Origin: Eledone cirrhosa
Lineage: Eukaryota
Direction of reading: 5' to 3'
Length of the DNA stretch: 64,000 bases
Assembly (NCBI GenBank): GCA_964016885.1
Contig: OZ024751.1
Location: forward strand, 21,762,001-21,826,000
Part shown: positions 48,936 through 62,010 of the stretch, one piece after another
Layout: the number at the start of each line of letters is the position of its first letter
Position numbering within the stretch: position 1 is the stretch's first letter
The notes under the pieces: model-generated
Told to the model about the DNA's origin: nothing
What the model saw: only the letters and a program-made list of their open reading frames with translations
The model's database searches: none
Translations under genes and position numbers: made by a program

Positions 48936-50011
48936 GGGCGGTGGATTGGCAGTATCGGTAAAGGGTCGGACGCCATGCTTTGACGAATAGAGTTACGGCC
49001 CTTGCCATTCTGAGTTCAAATCCCGCCGAGGTTAACTTTGCCTTTCATCCTTACAGGGTTGATAAAATAAAGTACCAGTAATACACTGGGATAATTGCTG
49101 GCCTTGTGCCAAAAAATAGAAACAATTATTATCATTTGTCTTTTTCTTCTTCCTTCAGTTTTGTTTTCATTTCTTGTCAACACCTAAGACAGAGAAACTT
49201 ACTGCATACATTGATGAGCCACAGAAATAATCACACCAGATTGTTCAAGTCACGCACTTCACAGTTACAAGTATGTCATCTGCTTTACACGTGCACATTA
49301 TATGTTTAAAACCATATTTACAACAGAATGATATTCAATCATATAAGAGTGCTCAATTTTTTACAACTTACATAATTATGGAATATAATCACATAGTTAT
49401 GTAATACTATTATTATTATTGTTTTTGTTGTTGATGTTGCATAAACTGTTAGGGGTATATCCTATCAGCTAATTGATCTTCATAACAAGAAATGTTAATG
49501 TCATTTATGAAGTAGATGTTGTATCTAGCATCATATCAATTAAAAAATATAATAAAAAAACATCCAATCAACAACAAAAAAACATAATTTTGAAAGGTTA
49601 TACACGGCACTTTACAAGTTTATTTTCTCTTTAGATTTAGAGGAAATTGTGAACCCCCACCAAAACCAGAAATCAAACACATACACACAAAACATATAAA
49701 AGATGATAAATGATTAGGGTAATAAATCAAAAACAAAGAGGATATGGCACTGGTAGATAGTATCAGCAATGGAAAGACCAATGAAAACATTCTTTCCTTG
49801 GTCATATTTGACAATTTCCACCCCACTCAATAAGCGAATGAGGACTAGAACTTTGTCGATCGATTCCTTCAATTAGCTTATGATTTATCGAGGTGTCTGG
49901 ATTATTTGAAATTTAAAACATTACAATGCAAATACAGGATTGCTATAAATAACCATATCGCTTTTAAAAAAACAGTTAAAATATTACCTGATTTTACCTA
50001 GTTATAGTTAT

Positions 50012-50229
50012 TTAACCCTTTTGCATTTAAACTGGCCAGAATTTTCTCACCTCTTTCTGTTCAAACTGGCTGTAACAGGTTGCTCAGATTGATGTTAAAG
50101 TATTCTTCTCAAAATAAATAATATAAAAATCTCATAGATTCGATATTATGTGAGATAATTATATGAGGAAAGACTTTACCATGAAAATATGATAGTAATT
50201 AGAGAGTAATGTAAATGCTAAAGGGTTAA
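50012..50229. mobile_element. piggyBac-type MITE, same family
   Basis: TTAACCCTTTTGCATTTA...TAAATGCTAAAGGGTTAA. Confidence 0.85.
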
Positions 50230-50324
50230 GCTGATTCTGTGTTTGGATTTTTATGTTTCAAACAAGCAATTAAGCTTATTAATTAATATATATGATTCTT
50301 GATATTAATTTACTCAATGTAATA

Positions 50325-50768
50325 ATAATAATAATAATAATGAAATTATTGTGTACAGTGCTCAGGTGCACTACAACTCATCAAAGGTGCATGTATAGTA
50401 CATAGAATAATGTACAAATGTCAGGAAAATGAACAGTGTATGAGTCAGGATATAATAATAATAACAATAATGAAATATTGTGTACAGTGCCCAGGTGCAC
50501 CACAACTCATCAAAAAAGTGCATGTACAGTACATAGGGCAATGCACAAACATCAGTAAAATGAACAGTGCACGAGTCATGATACACACATGTGTGCATGT
50601 GTGTGGAAGGGGTACATCAGGTATAGTTTTGGCGTATTTCGGGAAGCATGAGTGTCTTAAAGGATGCAGTGTCTCGGCAGCTAACAATTGACGCAGGCAG
50701 TTTGTTCCATGCTTCAGCAACTCTGAGCGTGAAAAAATGTCTACGAAAGTCATGGGAGCTGTGCTGTT
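50325..50768 (-). mobile_element. Two tandem CR1/L2-group 3' ends
   Basis: TGAAAT(T)ATTGTGTACAGTGC.CAGGTGCAC occurs at 50341 and 50471. Confidence 0.8.
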
Positions 50769-51609
50769 AATGGGTTTTATTTCTTGATTAAGCAGCACAT
50801 TATGTCCTTAAGCAAGTCACTTCATTTTAACATTCCTCTAGTTCAACGAACTGAAGAAAAAATATGATTATCAGCAGCTACAATTAAACTTAAGCGATGG
50901 ACTGGTGTCCCATTCGGGAGAATGGAGGTCTTTTTATGATAGAACTGGTGCCCCTGTTATTAAAAATACCCAAGCAACCTCCTATGAGATTACAGTCTTA
51001 TAGAAGGTCAGCTAAACCTACCTAAGTGTGAGCTGTAACAACAAATATAATTAATTATCCACTTACCAGGGCTTGGTTCCATTTCCCATTGTTGTTAAGA
51101 CTCTAACTCCAACCCTAATCCTAGCTCTAGCCCTAACCATAACTCTAAACCTATCCTTAACCCTAATCCTAGCCCAAACCCTTACCCTGTTTTTAGCAAG
51201 ATGTGGGATCTACCACTATCATCAATAGAAAAACATAAATTATCATGCATAAAATATAATTCTTCATTCTGTTATCAGTTCCATTCACGATGGTGTTCCA
51301 AAGACAATATAAGTCAGCCAACACAAACATATTCCTTTCACACACACACTCCAACACATCATTTCTCACACATACATACACTAACAATACATCATTTCAC
51401 ACACACACACCAATATATTCCTGTCACACACACACCAATACATCATCACAAACACACCGACACATCATGTCACACACACACCAACACACAAACACATCAT
51501 TCATCTTCGATTCAAATATATTTCCTCTTGAAAACAAATAAAATAGTCTAAACACAACACAACAAGAAATTACATCACAGCTATTGAAACCTCTCAAAGG
51601 AATCTCATT

Positions 51610-51888
51610 TGAAGGTCAGAAGATATTCCATATCGAAAGAAGAGACGACTGCTTACGCATTTTCTTTACCACCACCACCATCATCACTACCAGCACCACC
51701 ACCACTACCACCACCACCATCATCATCACTACCAGCTCTACCACCACCACCACCACCATTATCACTACCAGCTCTACCACCACCACCACCATCATCATCA
51801 CTACCAGCTCTACCACTGCAACCACCACCATCACCACCATAAAACTTGTTGACAGATTTGCCACCAACAGAAATGTACATGCCTACGC

Positions 51889-51921
<33 letters not shown>

Positions 51922-52502
51922 GTGGACAGAGAAAGCACATGTATGCACATGCATTCTATGTTTTGCTAAACACAGTCTTCTATTTTAATATATCTTGTTT
52001 GCCCTTTGACAGTTTTCTCTGAATTGAAAAGGTTTACAGTTTAAAATAGAACTGAGATCTATCAAGTATTACTTGTTTTATTACAAATAGAGGAAATGAA
52101 AAATACACACAAATAGTTATGATGATGATGATGATGGTGATGATTGTGACGATGGCGATGGTGATGATGGTGATGATGGTGATGATGATGATGACACCTA
52201 CATGTTTTAAAGACTTCACTGTCAGATTATGAACATAAATTTTCTAACCCTTGCTAGCTGGGAAAATGGACATTAAATTATGATAATGATGATGATGGTA
52301 GTGGTGGTGATGATGATGATGATGGTGATGATGATGACGGTGGTGGTGATGATGGTGGTGGTGGTAATGATGGTGGTGGTGGTGGTAATGATGATGGTGG
52401 TGGTGATGATGGTAGTGGTGGTGATGATGATAGGGGTAATGATGATGATGGTGGTGGTGGTGATGATGATGATGGGGGTGATGATGATGATGATGATGAT
52501 GG

Positions 52503-52540
<38 letters not shown>

Positions 52541-52980
52541 CTGCTGATGATGATGGTGGTGGTGGTGGTGGTGATGATGATGACACCTAGATGTCCTAAT
52601 GACTTGACTGTCGGATTATGAACATACATTTTTTAACCGTTGCTAGGTGGGAAAACGGATGTTAAATTATGATAATGATGATGATGATGATGATGATGAT
52701 AATGCTGGTCCTACCCATGCTAACGTGGAAGACGGATGTTAAATGATGATGACGCCTGGATATCATCAGGATGACACGTGGATGTTGATGCTGATGATGA
52801 TGATAATCAATGTCAACTGAACACTTCCCATTAATTATCCTACATAAGGTATTGTTGGTGGTGATGATGGTGATGATGATTTCAAGTTGGTAAGATAATT
52901 AACATCAAGCAGACAACTGGAATTAAACTGGTGTTGTTGTTGTTGTTGGTGGTGATGGTGGTGGTGGTGGTGTTGCAGAT
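51610..52980. repeat. (ACC/ATC)n and (GAT/GGT)n microsatellite field with a duplicated RTE-type tail
   Basis: Trinucleotide tracts; the block GATGACACCTA...TTAAATTATGATAATG repeats at ~52190 and ~52580. Confidence 0.9.
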
Positions 52981-55307
52981 TAAAGTAGTATAAAATGCCA
53001 ATGAGTCACACACATTATTAAGTATTATGAAATATTATTATTAAATATTAAATAGTACCAGTAATGCACTGGGTAATTGCTGGCCTTGTGCCTAAAGTAG
53101 AAACAATTATTAAATATTATTATTATTAATCCCGCCGAGGTTAACTTTGCCTTTCATCCTTACGGGGTCGATAAAATAAAGTACCAGTAATACACTGGGC
53201 AATTGCTGGCCTTGTGCCAAAAGTAGAAACAATTAAATATTATTATAAATATTGTACTATTTTAGTTGTTTTAGGGTTAAATGTCGGAAAAAAATAATAG
53301 AAAAACTGCATTTTTATCTATTCTATCAATTTTTTCTTAAATTCCGGAAGGACAACATTATTGAAAAAAAAAAAAAAAAAATGCTTGAAAATATATTAAC
53401 TCTTTGAATTTATAACTCCACCTGAGAGCACATCTGTGATAGCTAATTCTCCCTCAAGTCACCTCATATCACTTATAAAAAAGGGTGGGTACATTGGACA
53501 TTATTCTGAGAGCACTGTGTCTAATAAAAAAAAAAGGACAGAATAGTCATGGCTGGTACACCTATGATCATAAATCTGCTCAATCAGGGTTGGCCTAGGT
53601 AGGGGAGTTAATCAACAACAACAACACCAACATACACTGATACAACTACAGTAACCATGCATTTTAAAACCATTTTCTCTGCTAAAACAGGAGTTAGTTT
53701 TGAAAGCTCTATGACAGGGTTCATACTCATCATAGGGTCGTTTTTGATGCCCTTCTTGGGACCAAACCCTTTTAGTCTATCTCTTATGTCGTATAGGGAT
53801 ACAGTGCACCTATTCTAAACCAGATACACTCGTTATCATAGCTAATTAGCTCTTAACATCCTGAAATGATTTATTTAGTAAAAAATATCTATAAAAAAAT
53901 GAGTTTGTTAATTCAAATGCTTATAGTGTGGTCAGATCTTTGTGAAAATTTGCATTGCTGAACCCTATCAAGTGCATTTTATCGTTTAAAAAAAACCCAA
54001 AAAACTTTGAATGATGTGGTCTTGGGTCACTGTGACTCGACAATAAAAAAAAAAAAAAAAAGACAGGATGGTCTTGACTGAAAATCCTTTAATCGTAGGT
54101 CAGCCCGTGGTACTAACCAATAACAACAGCATTCACTGATATAACTCATTTTAAAATAGTCCCACCTAAGCCAGTACAGAAAGATTTACATGAAATAGTA
54201 GCAAGAATCACATGTGATACTGTCTGAAAGACGGTGGGGGTGGGGGTGGGGAGAACAAACTGTTAAATATTTACCAGAAACTAGGCACAGGTATGGCTAT
54301 GCGGTTAACAAGTTTGTTTTGCAACCATGTGGTCCTGGGTTCGGTCCCACCATGTGGCACCTTGGGCAAGTATCTTTTACTATACAAACCTTTTGACTGA
54401 TGCTTGTGAATGGAATTGGGTAGTCAAAAACTGCAGAGCCCTATAGTACGTAGTTCAACAAAAATAAACAAAAAAGATAAAAAGCACCCAGTCCACCATG
54501 TAAAGTGGTTGTGTTGCTGACATGACAGAAATTACCTGTTCCCCCCTATAAGGTAACACTACGAACAAAGACCCAGTTCCACCAGTCAGTTGATCATGTT
54601 GGTGCCAATATAAAAAGGACCAAGTCCACGTTGTAACTGTGGTTGGCATTAGGAAAGGTATCCAGCCTTAGAAAACCAAGCTAGAAACAGTTCTGTATGA
54701 ACAAGACACGGTCATCTGATCTGACTTGTCTCACAACAGGACAACTCATCTAACCTATGTTAGCATGGAAAAGTGAATGTTAAACAGTGATGATGATGAT
54801 ATCAATAAATAAATACCAGACTTGAAAAAATACAAGTACTAGGGTCACTTAGACTTCTTAGTGCACCTTAGACCACTTTGTTAACTTTAGACTATTTAAT
54901 TAACGTCAATATGATTGACTAAAATCAAAATTGTGTGCCCCAGCATGGCCACAGACTAATGAATGAAACCAGTACAGAATAAACTAGTTCAGCAAGAAAA
55001 AGTATTATAAGTACCATTGTTAAGTGAATATATTCTTCAATGGATGTCTTAACACATATCTATAATTCTTAAATATTTGATGTAAAAGCATTGAATCTTA
55101 ACTTATTGTTCTTAAGAAAAATGGATTAGAATTAAGTCCAATGTCCAACAAGACACCAGTGTATGTGTGTATATGTATATACATATATGTAAATACATAT
55201 GTAAATACATATATATATACATATGTAAATACATATACATATATATATATATGTGTATACATATATGTTTATACACATATATACATACATATATATATAC
55301 ATATATA

Positions 55308-55650
55308 GAGGAGGCACATGGCTTAGTGGTTAGAGCATTGGGCTTGCAATCGAAAGGTTGTGAGTTCAATTCTCAGACCGGGTGATGTGTTGTTTCCTTG
55401 AGCAAGACACTTTATTTCACATTGCTTCAGTTTACTCAGCTGTAGAAATGAGATGATAGGACTGAGGCCCCTATTATTCCACTGTAAAGTGGTCGTGGAG
55501 GTGCCACGGCAAAAAAGCACCCAGCACTCACTGTAAATGAGGTTGGTGTTAGGAAGGGCATCCAGCTGTAGAAATCAAGCCAGAATCAGTTCCCGTCCCA
55601 CCCTTGCAAGCAGGGAAAAGCGGACATAAAATGAAATGATGATGATGATG
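55308..55650 (+). mobile_element. Full-length tRNA-derived SINE, near-identical to 33004-33349
   Basis: Direct comparison shows only a few substitutions. Confidence 0.85.
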
Positions 55651-57875
55651 ATATACATACATACATTATATATATATATATATATACACACATATATATA
55701 TATATATGTATGCATATATGTACATACATGTACAGACTTGTTGCTATCAGTCACAGCTTCTCACACTTCAAACTCCAAACTAAATGTAAGTTAATCTTAA
55801 TTGCTTCCTACAGTTCTGAAGTTTTTGTATTGTTTGTCATAATCTGCTAGAAATCAATACAACAAACTGTATTCTCAAGTTGATATCTGAATTATAAATA
55901 AGAATGTGGTGGTGTTGGTGGTTTTGGTGTTGGTGGTTATGGTGGTTCAGGTTTATACTCACATATTAGAAATGGCTGCTTAATGGTATGAAATACAAAG
56001 TTTAACCTCGGCAGAACTATTACTATTACATTAAATGACAGAGTGCTTATAAAACATAACATGCATAAATAAGTTAAACAGGAAGATATATCCATCCATA
56101 ATGGATTCAGTCATATTGTGAAATTAGGCCAACAGATTCTTAGTAGTTTTTATATTAGAAGGATCAAACTGACCGTTTTTATTGCCATTTAACAAACAAT
56201 TCATCATTTTTCACTGTCCTGATGGCGGTGGATTGGCAGTAGAATTGGTTGAGCGTCAGAAAACATGCTCTGTGACATATAGTTACGGCCCTTTACATTC
56301 TGTGTTCAAATCCTGCAGAGGTTAGCTTTGCCTTTCATCCTTACGGGATCGATAAAATAAAGCACCCGTAATGCACTAGGGTCGATTTAATTGACTCCTA
56401 CCACCCCTCAAATAATTTCTGGCCTTGTACCTAAATCATAAACTATAATTATTATTATTATTATTATTAGGGTGGTGGATTGGCAGTATCGGTAGACTGT
56501 CAGTCAACATATTCTTACAGTAATACATGGGAGTCAATTTAATCAACTTTCTCCTCCTGAGGTGAGATAAAACAGCAGAAAGCTATTTATTTAACCACTA
56601 CTTCGTTAGCATATTTTTTATGAAATATACTACTTTGGTGAACCACTCATCTTTCAAAATAATTAAGAATTTCCAAGGGATTCAATAGAATAACTTATTC
56701 ATTATTATCATCATTTAATGTTCACTTTCCCAGCTTTATTATTTACCTAATGTTAGTTTTTAGCTTACATTCTGGTATGATTCTAGGTAGAGTTGGCTGC
56801 TACTTCTAGCAGGCTGAGCAATCATTGCAGAAGCTCTCCCTCTCTCACTCATTAACTCTTATTTATTGGTTTTGCCCATTATTTGCTCAATAAATACTCG
56901 CTTTTAGTCAATCAAGCTTGTCCTTCCTAGCTAAAGGCATCCAGCTGCTAAAAGCAATTTATTTATGTAAATTACTTTAGAAAATTATTCAAAGAAACAA
57001 GGAAAAAAAAAACAAAAAGAGAAAGAGAACTCTTCCAACTATCTAATTCATGGTGTGCTTATCAGCTAGAGTGGGAGAAGAGGGGTATGTGAGAAAAAAA
57101 ACATGAACTTTGTGTGGTGATGAAGGTAGAGCTGTATAATAAATAATCTCTATCACCTGTTATGTATATGTTATAGTCCCTCACACACTCTATCTCTCTC
57201 CTATTACTGTGTTTCCCTTACTATCACTCTCCCCACGTAAAGAGGAATGTTCAGCTGTCCCCTCTCCATCTATTCAATGCCCTCCTTGAATCACCCTTCT
57301 TTATTGCTAACCATTACTCTCTCTCTCTCCTCCATAACTCATTATTTACATCATCCATCTTTATTGTTATCCACCAGTCTCTCCCTCTCTCCTCCACTAT
57401 CTTTATTGCTCCCTATCACTTTCTCTCTCTCTCACACACACATTACTCCCTTTTAAAACTCTCTTCCCCCATCATGCTATTTTTCAATTCAATCCCCTTA
57501 CCAATAACCAACATACAGCTTCTCTTCCATTATTCCCTTCTCTATCACCCAGCCCTGTATTCTTATCATTCTGTTATCCTATATTACCCCGGTTTTTTCT
57601 ATCTAACTCATTACCACCCTGATTCTCTTTTTTTCCATCTCCAACTGGAGCCAATTGCAACTTCACAGAGAAAACATTCTCAACTTTTTTACTACTCTTT
57701 CTTCCTACAATTCATGTCATCATGACTCAGTTCTATTGATCCTCTCAGTTATGTTTTTAAAAAAAGTCTAAAGACTGTCTCGAGTCTGGAGACTCATCAG
57801 GTTAGAGCTTATCCCAGTTTCCATGGCGTGAAGCAGGGGTTAAACCCCCAGCGATGGCTGGTACTCATTTTCTTA

Positions 57876-58200
57876 TCAAATCGTTACACCCATCCAGTGT
57901 TGCGCACAGAACCCTGCCTGGCGTGTTATGGTTTCATGGTCATTAAGTGTACATGAATTTTCAAGATTGGAGCAAACTAGGTGTTCCATAGTTCGTAATT
58001 GCGTGCATTGGCAGTTGGATTTATCATCAGTGGCATATCCCCATTTCCGGAGGTGATTCAAGCAGGACCAGAAGGACCAAGCATCACTAGAGCCAGTGGG
58101 GAGGGATTCTGTAAGGCTGAGAGAGAGCCTGTGTTCCACATTGTTAATGTGGCTGCACCACAGGGGCAGGCGCTAACTCAAGGCTCTGTTGTTCAGTGGT
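57876..58200 (-). mobile_element. Degenerate Ingi/Vingi-like LINE C-terminal fragment
   Basis: LPTG...W..W..LNHLR.KWGY...C.C....TMEHL.C....CT..D......A....HW...I* resembles the Vingi ORF C-terminus with its CCHC motif (recalled pattern, not searched). Confidence 0.55.
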
Positions 58201-60167
58201 TTGACTAAAGGAGCATTTACATGGCAATCCCCATCAAATGACTTCTCTCGTTTGCCAATCCTTCTCCCATGCTACACTACATGCTGAGTATACTGGAACA
58301 ACATGAAATGAAATGTTTTGCTTAAGAACACAACACACACTCCAGTTCAGTAATCAAACCCACAACATTATGATTGTAAGTTCAACACCCTTACAACTAG
58401 GCCACACGTTGCTTTGAACAAAAAGAAACAACAGAATAGAGAGGACTCTTTAGCCTTGTCGAGGACGGGTCAACCACTCTAATGCTAGTGACATGTTAAA
58501 ATGCTTCAAATATGTTCTGTAAAGTGGTATTCAGCTATAGAAACCTTGTCAAAAAATGTAATGTACATTTGAGAAACGGTTCCTGACCTATGTATATCGA
58601 ATAAGGCCACCACAATCTGCCAAACTTATGATACCAGCATTGAAAATCATCATCATAGTCATTCTAATGTCCACTATCCCTGATAGCAAGAGTTGGATGG
58701 GTCTACATAGACCATGTCAGTACTGAAGGGTTGGTAAAATAAAATACCAGTAATGTACTGAGGACGATGTAATCAACTTTCACTTCCTCTCCCCAGAAAT
58801 TGATGGCCTTGTGCCAATGTTAGAAACAATTATGTCAATAAAAAGAGCGGCGGATTGGCAGAATCGCTGCTAAGACAGACAAAATGCTTTGCATTATTTG
58901 TTCTGGCTCTTTATGTTCAAATCTGATTGGAGTCAACTTTGTTTTTCAGTTTTTCATCCTTTCAAGATTGATTAAATAAAGTAGCCATTAAAACTGGGGC
59001 TGATATAATCAACTCTCACCCACCCTGAAATTGCTGGCCTTGTGCCTAAATTAGAAATCCTTATTATGGCAATAAAATCTTTCCCCCTTTTTTAAATACA
59101 ATTTTGCACATTCTTGGTGTTGGGTTTTTTAAATTATCCAAACAAGAAACGGATACATATCAGAGATCCCCCACATTTTAGGCCATCAACCCCTTCATGG
59201 AACACTTGATGCCTCCTCCCCCATCAAACCTGGATACGTACAAAAATAAATAAGTAAATCAGTAAACAGAATATAAAATAAATAGAAAAAGATTAATTAT
59301 ATATATAAATAAGAAACCTGTATATAAACAAGTTGTTTTATAGTAATATTTTATAGGGCTCTGTAGTGCACAATCACTCCTATCAAATAAGGGTAGACGT
59401 GAGCTCCGTAAGCTGTAGCGAATGCAGCCTATCTAGGAGAGCAGTAACTCCAAACAAATAAGACTGCATAGATTCGAGAGGACTCCTCTGTCCAGTCAGA
59501 CAACCTCTTTAGTGCTGGTGGCATGAAGAATGCACCCAGTCCAGTGGTTGGTGATAGGAAAGGCATCCAACCTGAAAACTTTGCCAAAAAACCCATAACC
59601 AACACAATATATGAATGATGATTTCTTATCTTATAAAATGTCAAGATTTTGTCCAAAATTTCTATTGCTTCCTCATAGTAGTCAAATCAATTATTGGGAA
59701 TCGATATCAACCACTTTGGGGGCCTTTACTTTGGAATGTTTCACAGTCACTGAATAGCAAATATTCCATAATCTCTCAAAATTCTTTCAAGTGTGTTAAA
59801 CATACTATAAAGATTTAGCAGAAATTATCTAAAAACAGGTTTGTCAATTTCAGTGTTTGTAGTATCATTACTAGTAGACAGGTCGTCACAAATTTGCAGT
59901 ATTTAATTTTTAATGTGATGCAATCAATGGTGCTTTGTACTTTTTAAGAATGCCTTGCTAAAGCAGTCTCATGTGGTACAGGATATTAATAGCTAGTGAA
60001 ATGTAATGATTTAGCAGAACATATCTAAAAACAGGTTTACCAATTCAAATGTTTGTAGTACCTTAACAAGTGGACAGATTGTAGTGAAAATTTGCGCTAT
60101 TAGAGTAATGTTATATTACTGTTTTGTACTTTTTAAGTATGTCTTGCTAATGTGGTTTTGTGTTTTG

Positions 60168-60396
60168 TTAACCCTTTAGCATTTATACCGGCCATATACG
60201 GCCAGGATTAACTCACCTCTTTCTGTTCAAACCGGCTGTAACTGGCCACTCATACTGATATTAAGGTATTGTTCTTAACATAAATAATATTAAAATCTCA
60301 TAGATTATCATGTGAGATAATTATGAAAGGTAAAGCCTTTACCATGAAAATATAATAGTATATATAGAGTAATGTAAATAAATGCTAAAGGGTTAA
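60168..60396. mobile_element. piggyBac-type MITE (TTAA target site, CCCTTTAGCATTTA terminal inverted repeats)
   Basis: TTAA|CCCTTTAGCATTTA...TAAATGCTAAAGGG|TTAA. Confidence 0.85.
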
Positions 60397-60644
60397 TTCA
60401 AATGTTTACAGTATTTTTACTGTAAATATTTGCAGTATTAGAGAAAAGACTTCAATTTTTAATGTGATGTAATCATAATGGTGGTTTGTACTTTTTTAGG
60501 AATGTCTTGCTAATGTGATCTCATGTGATACAGGATGTGAAAAATTAACGAAATGACCTAACGAGGAAAGAGAAAGAAAGAAAGACAGACAATAATTTGT
60601 AAACAAATAGTTTCTTTTTTAATTAATACTAAAATATTAATGTA

Positions 60645-60812
60645 TGAAACCAATGCAGTACCAGACAATCAAATACAAATATAATTAATTAAACAAAACA
60701 GATTTTGAATTTTTTTTTTTTTTTTCAGAAATATCTAAGTTTTATCTTTTTTTTTATCATTTATTTATCTAATTATTTTATACTTTTATTATTTAAAAAA
60801 TAATAATGTACA
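60645..60812 (-). terminator. Candidate intronic polyadenylation site in the large CSTF3 intron
   Basis: On the - strand: TGTA (60812-60809), AATAAA (60790-60785 and 60765-60760), then a GU-rich element TTGTATTTGATTGTCTGGTACTGCATTGGTTTC (~60678-60646). Confidence 0.5.
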
Positions 60813-61409
60813 AAAGCAGTCAGACATAGTTTCACATTTCAACATGCAAAAGACATTTTTTGTGAATGATTTGATTGATTTTTTTAATTATTTTCCTTGA
60901 ATATGGGATATCTGGATGGAAGTAAATTCAGCACTCAAGTCTTCATCACCATCACCACCACCATCATCATCATCATCATCATCAGTTTTACATCCATCTT
61001 TCCATGCTGACATGGGTTAGACAAGACGTTTTGAGGCAGAATTCTACAGCCCATCCTTCTTTACACCAACTCTCGCATGTTGTCTAACCCCTTTAAAGAC
61101 CAAGTCACACAAAACTGCCACTTCTGTTAAAATGTTGAAATTTAAATCCAAATATTGGACTGAAATCTCATTTATATATACTAGATAGTTAGTTATTTCA
61201 CTAAATATCTCACAATTCTTGATTATTTTGGTAATAATTAAAATACTAACTCTTGTTAGTGTATTCTTGTTTGAAATATGGTAAAAGGGTAAGTAGATTC
61301 TTTTAGAAGTCTAACACCATCACTGAGCAGTGTGGACTTCAATTTAGGTAGAAAGTAATGTCAAATACAAGAAGACATATACAAACTGGGACACGCATAT
61401 GCATATTTA

Positions 61410-62010
61410 GCCTGCGCATCGGCGTTTCCCTGAGGTTCGGCCTCCGGATCTGCCAGCCACACCCATGTCGTTGCGGTTCTACCGTGGACTCTTTTGGCCT
61501 CCACCCGCTTTCCTGCCACAGTGCCAGCTGCATTCCACACCATGCTGCCCTCAATGAGGTCATTAAGCATGGCTTGGACGCTGCAAGCTACCCTTCCTAG
61601 CTCGAGCCGGTGGGGCTGGATCGAGGGGACGGCAAAAGGCCAGATGGCATGACCATCTTCCCATTCCACGGTGGCAAACCTCTCGTCTGGGATGCCACTT
61701 GCACCGACACTTTCTGCAGCTGCAACCTGGTGCAGTCTGCGACTAACCGAGGTTCTGCTGCACATCGGGCTGAAGGGGCCAAACTCCTCAAATACCGGTC
61801 GCTCTCCGACAGGTTTGCGGTCGTACCCCTGGCAGTGGAGACTTCTGGTGTCCTCGGCCCCAGGGCTACCTCCTTACTCACCACCATAGGCGCTGAGCTG
61901 GCCAGCCGCAAGTGTGAGCCCCGTGAGTTGGAATAGCTCTTCCAGCGTGTCTCCCTCGCCGTCCTCCGGGGAAACGCCTTCTCCATTCTGCCCGCCGGAG
62001 CTGTGGGTGG
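61410..62010 (+). mobile_element. CRE-like non-LTR retrotransposon 3' fragment (CCHC + restriction-like endonuclease), pseudogenised
   Basis: CRCG...HPLSC...HAALNEVI..*.EPVGLDRGDGKRPDGMT...LVWDATC...K..KY...PLAVETSG...*LFQRVSLAVLRGNA; single frame with two TAG stops. Confidence 0.85.

Noticed and set aside
49197-49290. Cryptic CSTF3 exon (GTAAGT donor at ~49202 on the - strand)
   Set aside because: There is no polypyrimidine tract at the candidate acceptor, an early stop, and no homology.
51584-52629. ORFs encoding poly-Thr/Pro/Met/Val/Ile proteins
   Set aside because: They are translations of trinucleotide microsatellites, open in several frames on both strands.
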